Positions 18,703 to 28,721 of a stretch of DNA of 64,000 bases are shown in pieces; positions within the stretch are counted from its first letter, which is position 1; every line of letters starts with the position of its first letter. The stretch is from Candidatus Rokuibacteriota bacterium (GTDB lineage Bacteria; Methylomirabilota; Methylomirabilia; Rokubacteriales; CSP1-6), in assembly GCA_016184365.1 (NCBI GenBank), contig JACPCW010000079.1, positions 5,661-69,660 on the forward strand. The letters run 5' to 3'. Below the pieces are notes generated by a model, which worked only from the letters and a program-made list of their open reading frames with translations, did no database searches and was not told the origin of the DNA. Made by a program: the position numbers and the translations under genes.

Positions 18703-19101
18703 ATGTTGAAGGCGCTGATGGCGGGCGTGGTCGTGACGGTCGCGTTCGTGGTCGCGGGATGCGGCGCGCTGAACATTCAGCCGTCGGCCGAGGTCACCAC
18801 GATGAGCCCGGCATGGCCGAACTGGTTCCGCTTCGATTACGCCGTCGAGGAGGACAAGGGCGGCAAACGGCGGATCTCCGGCTATCTCCACAACAACTAC
18901 GGGGAGGCCGCCGACGACGTCCGGATCCTGATCCAGGCGCTCGACAAGTCGGGCGCGGTCGTCGGGCAGCAGCTGAACTGGGCCGCCTCGGTTCCGCCGA
19001 TGTCGCGGTCCTACTTCGAAGCCCGGAACCTCCCGGCGGCCGACCAGTACCGCCTGAGCGTCTGGGCGTTCACGTTCGACCAGCGGACGAGCTGGGAGTA
19101 A
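18703..19101 (+). CDS. Putative lipoprotein (FxLYD-like beta-sandwich)
   Basis: Lipobox VAGC. ISGYLHN..ALDKSG.VVG..VPP..YFE. GGAGG RBS. Confidence 0.65.
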   Translation: MLKALMAGVVVTVAFVVAGCGALNIQPSAEVTTMSPAWPNWFRFDYAVEEDKGGKRRISGYLHNNYGEAADDVRILIQALDKSGAVVGQQLNWAASVPPMSRSYFEARNLPAADQYRLSVWAFTFDQRTSWE

Positions 19102-19996
19102 CCGCGTCGAGCGCGAGCGCCATCGCGCCGAGCATGCCGGCGCGGTCACCGAGCGCGGGCGGCACGACGTAGTCGGCGCCCGCTTCCCACACGGCCTGCG
19201 CACGGACGTAGCCGCCGAGATGCTGCGCGAGCATCGTCCGGACGCGGCCGAGCAGTCCTGACGCGCGCGCGACGCCACCACCGACGACGATGCGTTCCGG
19301 CGACAGGATCGTGACGATCGCCGCGAGTCCCAGCCCGAGGTAGTGCGCTTCGAGCTCCCAGGCCGGGTGGTCCGGCGGGAGCGTCTCGGCCGGCACGCCC
19401 CATCGTTCGCGCATGGCCACGCCCGAGGCCAGGCCTTCCAGGCAATCGCCGTGGAACGGGCACACGCCGGGGAAGGGATCGCGGATGCGGTCGTGCGGGA
19501 CGAGTACGTGACCCATCTCCGGATGCACGAGGCCGCGCAGGACCTGGCCGTTCACGACACCGCCGCCGCCGATGCCCGTGCCGACCGTGACGTACACACC
19601 GGTTCTGACACCGCGGAGCGCGCCCCAGCGATGTTCACCGAGCGCGGCGGCGTTGACGTCGGTGTCGATCGCGAGCGGCAGGCCGAGCGGCGCGAGCGCG
19701 CCGGTCACCGCCGTGTCGGCCCATCCGGGCTTCGGCGTGTTCGCGATGGAACCGAAGGCCGGCGAGCGCGGATCGAGGTCGAGCGGCCCGAACGATCCGA
19801 TGCCGATCGCCGCGAGCGGCCCGTGCGCGAGGAAGAAGTCCATGACGCGACGGAGCGTCTCGGGCGGCGCCGTCGTCGGAATCACCGTCTCCGCACGCAG
19901 ATCCTCGGGGCCGGTACCGACGGCGCACACGAACTTCGTGCCGCCGGCTTCGACCGCGCCGACGGGGCGCGGGGCGGTGGGGCTCGGGTCGGGCAT
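19070..19996 (-). CDS. ROK-family fructokinase
   Basis: EAGGTKF, DTDVNAAALGE, GTGIGGG, HPEMGH, CPFHGDCLEGLASG. Confidence 0.88.
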   Translation of the reverse strand: MPDPSPTAPRPVGAVEAGGTKFVCAVGTGPEDLRAETVIPTTAPPETLRRVMDFFLAHGPLAAIGIGSFGPLDLDPRSPAFGSIANTPKPGWADTAVTGALAPLGLPLAIDTDVNAAALGEHRWGALRGVRTGVYVTVGTGIGGGGVVNGQVLRGLVHPEMGHVLVPHDRIRDPFPGVCPFHGDCLEGLASGVAMRERWGVPAETLPPDHPAWELEAHYLGLGLAAIVTILSPERIVVGGGVARASGLLGRVRTMLAQHLGGYVRAQAVWEAGADYVVPPALGDRAGMLGAMALALDAVTPSSSAGRT

Positions 19997-20085
19997 CCGA
20001 CTTTATCTCTCAGTTCGCGGACGAAAAGAAACCGCACCGGGCGTCTCGACACCGGGATTAGGATTTAGCCCCCAAGGAGGCGCCC

Positions 20086-21957
20086 ATGGCCGGTGTGACT
20101 GCCAAGCTGCTCCACGTCGATCTGACGACTCGCCAAACTCGGACCGAAGAGCTGCCCGAGCCCGTCGTCCGCAAGTATTTCGGCGGCGGCGCGCTCGCGG
20201 CGTACATCCTGCTGCGCGACATGCCGGCGGGTGTCGATCCGCTCGGGCCGGACAACGTGCTCGTGTTCATGACGAGCCCGATCAACGGCCTGTCGCTCTC
20301 CGGGACGAACCGCTACACGGCCGCGGCGAAGTCGCCGCTCACGGGCGGCTATGGCGAATCCGAGGCCGGCGGCTGGTGGGGACCCGAGCTGCGCGCGGCC
20401 GGGTGGGACGGCGTGGTCGTTCGCGGCAGCTCGGCGACGCCCGTCTATCTCTGGATCAAGGACGACCAGGTTGAGGTCCGCAACGCCAGCGCGTACTGGG
20501 GCCAGCTCTCCGGCGAAGTGCAGGAAGGGCTCGAGCGGGAGCTCGGCGACAAGCGCATCCGCGTGCTCCAGACCGGTGTGTCCGGCGAGAAGCTCGTGCG
20601 CTACGCCGCGATCGTGAACCAGCTCAAGCACTTCCATGGGCGCTGCGGCCTCGGCGCGGTGATGGGCGCCAAGCGCCTCAAGGCCATCGCGGTGCGCGGC
20701 TCGAAGCCGCCGGTTGCGGAGGACAAGGACGGCGCGAAGAAGCAGCTCGTGTGGTTCAAGGACCATTACGACCGCAAGACCGACCGCTTCCACCAGCTCG
20801 GCTCGTCCAGCGGCGTGCTCGCGCTCGAGGCGAGCGGCATCCTGCCGACGCGCAACTTCCGCGACGGCTCGTTCGAAGGCGCCAAGGCGATCAGCGGGCA
20901 GATGATGCGCGACACGATCCTCGTCAACCGCGGGACGTGCTACGCGTGCGCCGTGGCGTGCAAGCGCGAGGTCGAGGTGCCGGAGCTCGGCGTGACGCCG
21001 AGGTACGGCGGGCCCGAGTACGAGAGCCTCGCCGCGTCCGGATCGCTCTGCGGCGTGTCCGACCTGAACAAGCTCGCGCTCATCAACCAGCTCTACGCGC
21101 AGTACGTGCTCGACTCGATCTCGGCCGGCGCCGTCATCGCGTTCGCGATGGAGTGCTACGAGCACGGCATCATCACGAAGGAGATGACGGGCGGCCTCGA
21201 TCTCACGTGGGGCAACGCCGACGCCGTCGTCGAGATGGTGCATCGCATCGGCAAGCGCGAGGGCATCGGCGACCTCCTCGCGGAAGGCGTGAAGCGCGCG
21301 GCCGGGAAGCTCGGCCGTGGCTCCGAGCGCTTCGCGCTCCACGTGAAGGGCCAGGAGCTGCCGATGCACGATCCGCGCGGCAAGAAGGGCCTGTCGCTCG
21401 CGTACGCGATCTCGCCGACCGGCGCGGATCACATGGAAGCGCCGCACGACCCGCTGTACGCCGGCTTCCATCCGCAGGGACATCCGCTCGGATCGCTCGG
21501 CCTCATCGAGCCGCTCGACCCGCTCGTGCTCGACGCGAAGAAGGTCCGCGCCTTTTTCACGACGCAGTCGGTGTGGAGCTCGTACAACGCGATCGGCATG
21601 TGCGACTTCGTCGGCGCGCCGCTGAACGCGATGCAGCTGCAGCCGACGATCGACTACATCAACGCGGTGACGGGCTGGAACCTGGGACTCTACGAGCTCA
21701 TGAAGATCGGCGAGCGCAGCAACACGCTCGCGCGGCTCTTCAACGTGCGCGAAGGCTTCACGCCAGGCGACGACGTCCTGCCGGACCGGCTCCACGAGGG
21801 CATCGGCAACGGCGCGCTCAAGGGCAGCTTCGTCGACCGCGACGAGTTCCTCGCCGCGCGGCGCACGTACTACCAGATGGCCGGCTGGGACGAGACCGGA
21901 CGTCCGACCGAGGCGAAGCTCGCCGAGCTCGGGATCGAGGACGTCGCGCGCGCGTGA
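20086..21957 (+). CDS. Aldehyde:ferredoxin oxidoreductase (tungsten AOR family)
   Basis: KSPLTG, GRCGLGAVMGAKRLKAI, CYACAVAC, GPEYE, HVKG.E.P.HDPR. AAGGAGG RBS. Confidence 0.92.
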   Translation: MAGVTAKLLHVDLTTRQTRTEELPEPVVRKYFGGGALAAYILLRDMPAGVDPLGPDNVLVFMTSPINGLSLSGTNRYTAAAKSPLTGGYGESEAGGWWGPELRAAGWDGVVVRGSSATPVYLWIKDDQVEVRNASAYWGQLSGEVQEGLERELGDKRIRVLQTGVSGEKLVRYAAIVNQLKHFHGRCGLGAVMGAKRLKAIAVRGSKPPVAEDKDGAKKQLVWFKDHYDRKTDRFHQLGSSSGVLALEASGILPTRNFRDGSFEGAKAISGQMMRDTILVNRGTCYACAVACKREVEVPELGVTPRYGGPEYESLAASGSLCGVSDLNKLALINQLYAQYVLDSISAGAVIAFAMECYEHGIITKEMTGGLDLTWGNADAVVEMVHRIGKREGIGDLLAEGVKRAAGKLGRGSERFALHVKGQELPMHDPRGKKGLSLAYAISPTGADHMEAPHDPLYAGFHPQGHPLGSLGLIEPLDPLVLDAKKVRAFFTTQSVWSSYNAIGMCDFVGAPLNAMQLQPTIDYINAVTGWNLGLYELMKIGERSNTLARLFNVREGFTPGDDVLPDRLHEGIGNGALKGSFVDRDEFLAARRTYYQMAGWDETGRPTEAKLAELGIEDVARA

Positions 21958-21983
21958 GGGTCTGAGCTCGATCCGCTGAAAAA

Positions 21984-22001
21984 CCGTGGCGCTCCTCGAA
22001 T
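21984..22001 (-). repeat. Family A partial copy (5' arm only)
   Basis: CCGTGGCGCTCCTCGAAT is identical to 8298-8315. Confidence 0.6.
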
Positions 22002-22019
22002 CCGGACGTGCCGCGGCCG

Positions 22020-22285
22020 CTATTCCACCAGGAGCCGCGCGCAGCGCTCCGCCCGGCCCGCGCCGGCCGGGTCGGCAACGATCGCCCCGCCGCGCGGAAC
22101 GCACGGGCTCGCCGGCGGCGCGCTGCCGGCTTCGATCCACTCGGTCAGCGGGTCGAACGCGCGCTGCGCGTGCGGCTGGACGCGCGTGCGGCTGGATGAA
22201 CTCGAGCTCCCGGAAGTTGCAACAGGACTGGCGGTACTTCTCGATGTGGTGCCCTTGCGAAGGCAGTGATGACGGCGCGTCGCAT
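22020..22285 (-). pseudogene. Internally deleted relic of a probable secreted hydrolase
   Basis: MRRAVITAFA start, then GHHIEKYRQSCCNFRELEFIQPHA, a 16-nt duplication (22166-22196), then QRAFDPLTEWIEAG..PCVPRGG..ERCARLLVE*. Confidence 0.5.
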
Positions 22286-22432
22286 GACCGGCACCGACTA
22301 TAGGCCGCGGTAGAAAAGTCGTCCATTGTTTGGGATGTCGTGCATTGCGATGGGAGGATTGTCACCGTCTCTGCGGCACCGCCTGACCCGCAAGGTTCCC
22401 TCACGGCACGCGTTTTTGCCTCCTGGCCCGAC

Positions 22433-22447
22433 TGGCACGAATGCTGC
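22433..22447 (+). promoter_or_regulatory. Putative sigma-54 -24/-12 promoter
   Basis: TGGCAC-GAATG-CTGC (GG-N10-GC), about 40 nt before the ATG. Confidence 0.6.
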
Positions 22448-22489
22448 CTGCTTCTTCGGGAAGCACGCAAGGCCACGGGAGGCTCAGTG

Positions 22490-22840
22490 ATGAAGACCGT
22501 GAAGGATGAGCTCGAAACGAAGCGCCGGTCGCTCGAACTCGCGATCTCCAACGGGCTCGGCCAGTCGCGGAACCAGACCGAGCGCAACGAGATGACGAAG
22601 GACCCGTACGGGTCCGCGTCGATGACCCACGACGACGAGATGATCGTGGACGTCGTCGGGCGCCGGATGCGCGAGCTGCAGAACGTCAATCGCGCGCTGG
22701 CCGACCTCGAAGCCGGCCGGTACGGCACGTGCGAGGACTGCGGCGAGGAGATCTCCGCGAAGCGGCTGAAGGCGCTGCCGTTCGCGATGCGCTGCATCGC
22801 GTGCCAGTCGTCGATGGAAGGCGTGCGGCGCGCGGCGTGA
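22490..22840 (+). CDS. DksA/TraR C4 zinc-finger protein
   Basis: YGTCEDCGEEI..RL.ALP...RCIACQ. GGAGG RBS. Confidence 0.88.
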   Translation: MKTVKDELETKRRSLELAISNGLGQSRNQTERNEMTKDPYGSASMTHDDEMIVDVVGRRMRELQNVNRALADLEAGRYGTCEDCGEEISAKRLKALPFAMRCIACQSSMEGVRRAA

Positions 22841-22907
22841 CGAGCGGCGTCGCGGGTTGCCTCATCGCTGAGCCGATGCGATACGGCCCGGGCTCCTCGT
22901 TGGCCCG

Positions 22908-23738
22908 ATGCAGGATCGCGTCGTCCGCTTCGTCCTCTCGTCCGCTCTTGCGCTCGGCCTGACGCTCGGCGCGGGTACGTCCGCCGCCGCGGCACCAGAC
23001 CCGACGGCGTGCGGTCAGAGTCCCGGCCAGCGCTTCTTCTGGGTCGAGCGCGCCTTCCGCGACATCCCGCTGCTCGGTCCTGCGCGCGCGCAGGGCGTCG
23101 TGATCTGGAATCACGGCATCCACGGCACGAACGAATCCTGGCGCGATCCGGCGCCCCCGGTGCTGCGGCTCCTCGCCGCGCGCGGCTGGGACGTCGTCAT
23201 CCTCAAGCGCCACAACCTCGCGGAGACGGACGCGGCGCACTCGCTCTACCGCGCCGTCACGCGCACGCGCGACGAGATCCGCGCCCAGCGGGCGCTCGGG
23301 TACACGAAGATCGTCCTCGCGGGGCAATCGTTCGGCGGGCAGGTCGCGCTCGACGCGGCCGAGCACCAGCCCGACGTCTTCGCGGTCGTGGCGTTCGCGC
23401 CCGGCATGCGCGCGAAATCGGCGGACGGGATCCTCGACGCCGCGGTGACGGAGCGGCAGCTGTCGCGGATCCACGGCGCCGCCCGCCTCGCGCTCGTCCT
23501 GCCCGGTGACGACGGCCTCTTCGGCGGTGTGGCCCGCGGCCCCGGCGCCGACGCGGCGCTCCGCGCGCGCGGCGGCCCGTACGTGCTGCTCGACGAATCG
23601 AGCGACGCCCGCGGCCATACCGGCGCCACGAGCGGCCGGTTCGCGCTCCGCATCGGCGAGTCGGACGGCGGCGTCTCGCTCACGTGGACGTCGTCCGACG
23701 GTCGGACGCGCACCGTCCCGCTGCTGCGCGGCGAATGA
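22908..23738 (+). CDS. Secreted alpha/beta-hydrolase-fold protein, possibly internally deleted near the C-terminus
   Basis: Signal peptide, VIWNHG, GQSFGG nucleophile elbow, GH near the end. Confidence 0.65.
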   Translation: MQDRVVRFVLSSALALGLTLGAGTSAAAAPDPTACGQSPGQRFFWVERAFRDIPLLGPARAQGVVIWNHGIHGTNESWRDPAPPVLRLLAARGWDVVILKRHNLAETDAAHSLYRAVTRTRDEIRAQRALGYTKIVLAGQSFGGQVALDAAEHQPDVFAVVAFAPGMRAKSADGILDAAVTERQLSRIHGAARLALVLPGDDGLFGGVARGPGADAALRARGGPYVLLDESSDARGHTGATSGRFALRIGESDGGVSLTWTSSDGRTRTVPLLRGE

Positions 23739-23742
23739 CGCC

Positions 23743-23847
23743 CTAGCAGCCCGTGGTGAAAGTCTTTGAGCGCCCAGAAAGCACTCGAAAATGGCTGATT
23801 TCTGATAGGCGAAACACGGTTTCAGGACTTCCACCACGGACTGCTAG
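23743..23847. mobile_element. 105-bp MITE-like element with CTAG-bounded terminal inverted repeats
   Basis: CTAGCAGCCCGTGGTGAAAGTC ... GACTTCCACCACGGACTGCTAG (20/22 match) around an AT-richer interior. Confidence 0.7.
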
Positions 23848-23945
23848 GGGCCGCGCTCGACTGACCTCCCGGGCTGGGCTAGAGTGGCGCGCGACAACCC
23901 GACGCGCCACCGTTCAGCGGTGTTTCCCCCTCAGAGGAGGACTCG

Positions 23946-24989
23946 ATGAGACGCCACATCGTTGCTGCCTGCGCGCTGCTCACCGCCGTCGTCGTCATCG
24001 CCGGTCCGTCGCCGGTGCCCGCCCAGAAGGAGCCGCTGGTCGTCAGCGTGTGGGGCGGGAACTGGAAGGACACCGTCGAGAAGATCGTCGGCAAGGCCTA
24101 CACCGCGAAGACCGGCACGCCCGTCGAGTTCGAGGTCGGCGGCACGATCGACCGGCTCGCGAAGGCGCGCGTCGCCAAGGGCGCGCCGCTCGTCGACATC
24201 AACTTCACCACGACGCACGTCGGGCGGCTCTACATCTCCGACGGCCTCTACCAGAAGCTCGACATGGCGAAGCTGCCGAACGCGAAGGACCTCGCGAAGG
24301 AAGCGCTGCGCAGCGACTTCCACCTCGGCACGTGGGCGTACGTGTACACGATCGCCTACCGGCCCGATCAGGTGCCGTTCGAGATCACGAAGTGGTCGGA
24401 TCTGTGGGATCCGCGCCTGAAGGGCAAGGTCGGCCTGCCGGACTTCGATCCGTCGCACATCATCACGATCGCCGCGCTGCTCGACGGCGGCGACGAGATC
24501 AGCTGGCAGAAGGGCTCGGAGCGTCTGAAGAAGCTCAAGCCGAACGTCGCGGCGTTCTTCTCCACCGACGCGCGCAGCCAGGATCTGATGAAGACGGGTG
24601 AGGCGCCGGTCCAGGTGATGCTCTCGATCAACGCGTTCCACCTGATGGACCAGGGTCTGAACGTCAAGGTGATCACGCCGCGCGACAAGCCCGGCATCGT
24701 CGGCATCGACACCGTCGCGATCATGGCGGGCACCAAGAAGGCGGACGCGGCGCACCAGTTCGTCGATCTCGTGCTGTCGAAGGAGATCCAGGACCAGCTC
24801 GTCGCGACGTTCAAGGCGGGACCGACGAACATGAAGACGGCGGTGCCCGCGAAGCTGCGCGGACAGCCCGGCGTGTTCACGACGCCGGCGGAATGGAAGG
24901 AGCGCGGCTACATCATGAACGACGAGGCGCGCGCGAAGACGCTGGCGGCCTGGAAGGACTGGTTCAACGCGAACCTCGTTGCCAAGTAG
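23946..24989 (+). CDS. ABC substrate-binding protein (PotD/PotF-like)
   Basis: Signal peptide. LVVSVWGG, WSDLWDP.LKGKV. GAGGAG RBS. Confidence 0.85.
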   Translation: MRRHIVAACALLTAVVVIAGPSPVPAQKEPLVVSVWGGNWKDTVEKIVGKAYTAKTGTPVEFEVGGTIDRLAKARVAKGAPLVDINFTTTHVGRLYISDGLYQKLDMAKLPNAKDLAKEALRSDFHLGTWAYVYTIAYRPDQVPFEITKWSDLWDPRLKGKVGLPDFDPSHIITIAALLDGGDEISWQKGSERLKKLKPNVAAFFSTDARSQDLMKTGEAPVQVMLSINAFHLMDQGLNVKVITPRDKPGIVGIDTVAIMAGTKKADAAHQFVDLVLSKEIQDQLVATFKAGPTNMKTAVPAKLRGQPGVFTTPAEWKERGYIMNDEARAKTLAAWKDWFNANLVAK

Positions 24990-26988
24990 GTCGGTCCGCA
25001 TCGGCGTCGACGTCGGCGGGACGTTCACCGACGTCGTCGCGCGCGACGCCAGGGGGCGCCTGCGCGAGCTGAAAGTGCCGACGACGCCGGCGAATCCGTC
25101 GGCCGGTGTCCTCGCCGGCATCGCGGCGCTCCGCTTACCGTCCGGCCCCGAAGGTGCGCTCGCCGCCGTGGCGCACGGCACCACCGCCGTCACCAACGCG
25201 ATCGTCGAGGGGCGCATCGCGCGCGTCGGGCTGGTCACCACGCGCGGTTTCCGCGACGTGCTCGAGATCGCGCGCCAGAACCGCGCGCACCTCTACGATC
25301 TGGCCGCGCTGCCGCGCCCGGAGCCGCTCGTGCCGCGTCGGCTGCGTCTCGAAGTCGCCGAGCGGGTCACCGTCGACGGCACCGTGCTGACGCCGCTCGA
25401 CGCCACCGCTGTCGGCTCGCTCGTCGAGCGCCTGCGGGGCGAGGGCATCGACAGCGTCGCCGTATGCCTTCTGCACGCGTATGCGAACCCCGCGCACGAG
25501 CGCGAGCTGCGCGCGGCGCTGGCGCCGCACTTCGCGCACGTGTCGATCTCGAGCGACATCAACGCGGAGTTCCGCGAGTACGAGCGGACGGCGACGACCG
25601 TGCTGAACGCCGCGGTCATGCCGCTCGCGACGCGCTACGTCGACGATCTCGTCGATCGCCTCGGCCGCAATCTCCCGCTGCACCTGCTCCACTCCGCGGG
25701 CGGCATGATGTCCGCCGACGCGGCGAAAGAGCGCCCGCTCTCGATGGCGATGTCGGGCCCCGCCGCCGGCGTCGCGGCCGCCGCGTGGGTGGCGAAGCGC
25801 CTCGGGCTCGATCGCGCGGTGGCCTTCGACATGGGCGGCACGACGACGGACGTCTGTCTCATCACCGGCGGCCGCGCGGAAACGACGTCGCAGCGCCGCC
25901 TCGGCGGGTATCCGGTGCGGTTGCCGATGGTGGCCGTCGAATCGATCGGTGCCGGCGGCGGATCGATCGCGTACGCCGACGCGACCGGCGCGCTGAAGGT
26001 CGGTCCGCGCAGCGCCGGCGCGCAGCCGGGTCCGGCGTGCTACGGCGCGGGTGGCGAGGATCCGACGGTCACCGACGCGAACCTCGTGCTCGGGTATCTG
26101 AACGCCGAGCGCGTGTACGGCGGCTCGATCCGTCTCGACGTGCAGCGCGCGCAGGCCGCCGTGCAGCAGATCGCACGCCGCTTCGACCTCGGTCTCGTCG
26201 AGGCCGCGCACGGCATCGTGGAGGTCGCGAACTCGAACATGCTGCGCGCGCTGCGGCTCGTGTCCGTGCAGCGCGGGTACGACCTGCGCCGCTTCGCGCT
26301 CGTCGCGTACGGCGGCGCCGGTCCGGTGCATGCGAGCGCGCTGGCCCGCATGGCCGGCGTCACGCGCGTCGTCGTGCCCGCGCAGTCCGGCGCCTTCTCC
26401 GCGCTCGGCTGTCTCGTCTCGCCGCTGCGCTACGACGCCGTGCAGACGTATCGCGCGCAGCTCGACGGCTTCGACCCGAAGCCGCTGGAGGACCGCTTCG
26501 GCGACCTCGAAGCGCACGGCATGCGGCCGCTGGCGGCGGAGGGCATCGCCGCCCGTCGCGTGACCGTCTCCCGCAGCGTGGATCTCCGCTACGCGGGGCA
26601 GAACTACGAGCTCGAGATTCCCTACGACCGCGATCCGGCCCGGCTGCGCGCGGCGTTCGAAGCGCGGCACCGACAGCTCTACGGGTACGCCACGGGCGAG
26701 GGGGTCGAGTGCGTGAACGCGCGGGTCGTGGCGATGGTCGTCTCGCGCGAGCGTGTCACGGCGACGATGCGCACGGCGCGCACGCCTGAAGTGACGGGCA
26801 GCCAGCGCGCGTATTTCCGGAAAGGCGGGGCAGTGGCGATGAAGCGGTACGCGCGCGAGAGCGTCGGCGCGCGGGGGATCGTCGGCCCCGCGCTCATCGA
26901 GGACGAATGGTCGACGACGATCCTGCTGCCTGGCGATCGCTGCACCGCGACGCCGGCCGGCGATCTCGTCATCGAGGTCGGGCGGTGA
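24979..26988 (+). CDS. Hydantoinase A / 5-oxoprolinase ATP-binding subunit
   Basis: GVDVGGTFTD, HGTT..TN, SGPAAG, DMGGTTTD, GAGGGS, DLRYAGQ. Confidence 0.9.
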   Translation: MPSRSVRIGVDVGGTFTDVVARDARGRLRELKVPTTPANPSAGVLAGIAALRLPSGPEGALAAVAHGTTAVTNAIVEGRIARVGLVTTRGFRDVLEIARQNRAHLYDLAALPRPEPLVPRRLRLEVAERVTVDGTVLTPLDATAVGSLVERLRGEGIDSVAVCLLHAYANPAHERELRAALAPHFAHVSISSDINAEFREYERTATTVLNAAVMPLATRYVDDLVDRLGRNLPLHLLHSAGGMMSADAAKERPLSMAMSGPAAGVAAAAWVAKRLGLDRAVAFDMGGTTTDVCLITGGRAETTSQRRLGGYPVRLPMVAVESIGAGGGSIAYADATGALKVGPRSAGAQPGPACYGAGGEDPTVTDANLVLGYLNAERVYGGSIRLDVQRAQAAVQQIARRFDLGLVEAAHGIVEVANSNMLRALRLVSVQRGYDLRRFALVAYGGAGPVHASALARMAGVTRVVVPAQSGAFSALGCLVSPLRYDAVQTYRAQLDGFDPKPLEDRFGDLEAHGMRPLAAEGIAARRVTVSRSVDLRYAGQNYELEIPYDRDPARLRAAFEARHRQLYGYATGEGVECVNARVVAMVVSRERVTATMRTARTPEVTGSQRAYFRKGGAVAMKRYARESVGARGIVGPALIEDEWSTTILLPGDRCTATPAGDLVIEVGR

Positions 26989-28721
26989 AGCGCGCGACGA
27001 AACGCGCGGTGAGATCGAGGCGCGCCACGGCGGCGCCGGGGCGCGTCCGAGCGCGGGGGGGTATGGGGGGCCATGTCGGGGCCCCCCATGTAATGATCGG
27101 GGCCCCCCATGTGATCACGGTCGAAGTCGTGCGCAACGCGCTCTATGCGATCGCCGAGGAGATGAGCGTCATCGTGATGCGCTCGGCGCGGTCGCCGCTC
27201 CTGAAGGAAGCGGGCGATCTGTCGTCGGCGCTGACCGACGCGGAAGGCCGGCTGATCGCTCAGGGCCGCGACATCCCGATCCACATGGGCGTGATGGGCT
27301 TCACGGTGAAGGAGTTCTTGAAGCGCGTCCCCGCGTCGACGCTTCGCGAGGGCGACGTGTGGTTTCTGAACGTGCCGGAGATCGGCGGCAACCATTTGCC
27401 CGACGTGAAGGCGCTGCGCCCGGTCTTCGCCGGCGGCAAGCTGCGCGCGTTCGCCGTGAACCTCGCGCACTGGGCCGACGTCGGCGGCGCGGTGCCGGGC
27501 AGCTACGTGCCGTACGCGACGGAGTGCTACCAGGAAGGGCTGCGGATCGCGCCGATCCGGCTCTTCTCCGCGGCCGGTCCCGATCGCGAGAAGCTCGAGT
27601 TCGTGCTGTCGAACGTCCGCGGCCGCGAGGAGCGTGAAGGCGACATCTTCGCGCAGTACGCGGCCAACGACGTCGCGGCGCGCCGCTTCGCCGAGCTCTT
27701 TGCCGAACACGGCCCCGACGTCGTCGGCCGCTGCTTCGAGCGGCTGCACCAGGAAAGCGAAGCCGGGATGCGCGCCGCGATCCGCGCGCTGCCCGACGGC
27801 ACGTGGGAAGGCGAGGACTGGCTCGACGACGACGGCGTCGACGACCGGCGCATCCGCATCAAGGCGCGCGTCACCGTGGCCGGCGACGAGGCGACGTTCG
27901 ACTTCACCGGCACGGATCCGCAGGCCCGCGGTCCCGTGAACACGACGTATTTCATCGCGTGCTCCGCCGTGTACTACGCGATGAAGGCGCTCGTCGCGCC
28001 GGACGTGCCGCCGAACGACGGATGCTATCGGCCGCTGCGGGTGATCGTTCCGCCCCGCACGGTGCTCAGCGCCGATCCCGACCGGCCGGTCGTCGGCGGG
28101 AACCATGAAACGTCGCAGCGCGTCGTCGACGCGATCTTCAAGGCCTTCGCGCCCGTGCTGGCGGAGCGCGTCGTCGCCGGCGGGCCGACGACCTCGGGCG
28201 TGATGATCTTCGGCGCCCGTGGCGGCGACGGTCGCTGGCGGATCCTCTACGAGACGCACGGCGGCGGCGAAGGCGCCGGCGCCGGTCGCGATGGCGCGTC
28301 CGCGACGCGTGTCCACATGTCGAACGTGATGAACACGCCGGTCGAGGTGATCGAAGGCGAATATCCGATTGCCGTCGAGGAGCAGACGCTGCGCGCCGGC
28401 TCCGGCGGCGAGGGCCGCCATCGCGGCGGCCTCGGCGTGCGGCGCGCGTACCGGATTCTCGGCGACAGCGTCACGCTGACGACGATGCTGGAGCGCCGGC
28501 TCGTCCCGCCGTGGGGCGTGCACGGTGGCAAGGACGCGCTGCCGTTTCGTCTGACCCTCAATCCGGGTCCGGGCGAGCGCGTGATCCGCGGGAAGGAAAC
28601 GCTCACGCTGAAGGCGGGCGACCTGGTCCTCGTCGAGACGTGCGGCGGCGGCGGCTACGGCGTCCCGGCGGAGCGATCGCGGGAAGCCATCGAGCACGAC
28701 CGGCGGGAAGGCTACGTATGA
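26985..28721 (+). CDS. Hydantoinase B / 5-oxoprolinase subunit with repeat-derived N-terminus (alternative ATGs at 27063 and 27093)
   Basis: EVVRNAL..IAEEM, GGNHLPD, HWADVGG..PGS, NTPVE, GGGGYG. GTGA overlap. Confidence 0.9.
   Translation: MKRATKRAVRSRRATAAPGRVRARGGMGGHVGAPHVMIGAPHVITVEVVRNALYAIAEEMSVIVMRSARSPLLKEAGDLSSALTDAEGRLIAQGRDIPIHMGVMGFTVKEFLKRVPASTLREGDVWFLNVPEIGGNHLPDVKALRPVFAGGKLRAFAVNLAHWADVGGAVPGSYVPYATECYQEGLRIAPIRLFSAAGPDREKLEFVLSNVRGREEREGDIFAQYAANDVAARRFAELFAEHGPDVVGRCFERLHQESEAGMRAAIRALPDGTWEGEDWLDDDGVDDRRIRIKARVTVAGDEATFDFTGTDPQARGPVNTTYFIACSAVYYAMKALVAPDVPPNDGCYRPLRVIVPPRTVLSADPDRPVVGGNHETSQRVVDAIFKAFAPVLAERVVAGGPTTSGVMIFGARGGDGRWRILYETHGGGEGAGAGRDGASATRVHMSNVMNTPVEVIEGEYPIAVEEQTLRAGSGGEGRHRGGLGVRRAYRILGDSVTLTTMLERRLVPPWGVHGGKDALPFRLTLNPGPGERVIRGKETLTLKAGDLVLVETCGGGGYGVPAERSREAIEHDRREGYV
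27015..27112 (+). repeat. Family A copy 3 plus a 16-nt duplication of its 3' arm
   Basis: TCGGGGCCCCCCATGT occurs at 27076-27091 and 27097-27112. Encodes GGMGGHVGAPHVMIGAPHV. Confidence 0.88.

Noticed and set aside
22404-22419. Second sigma-54-like motif CGGCACGCGTTTTTGC
   Set aside because: GG-GC spacing is 11 nt rather than the required 10
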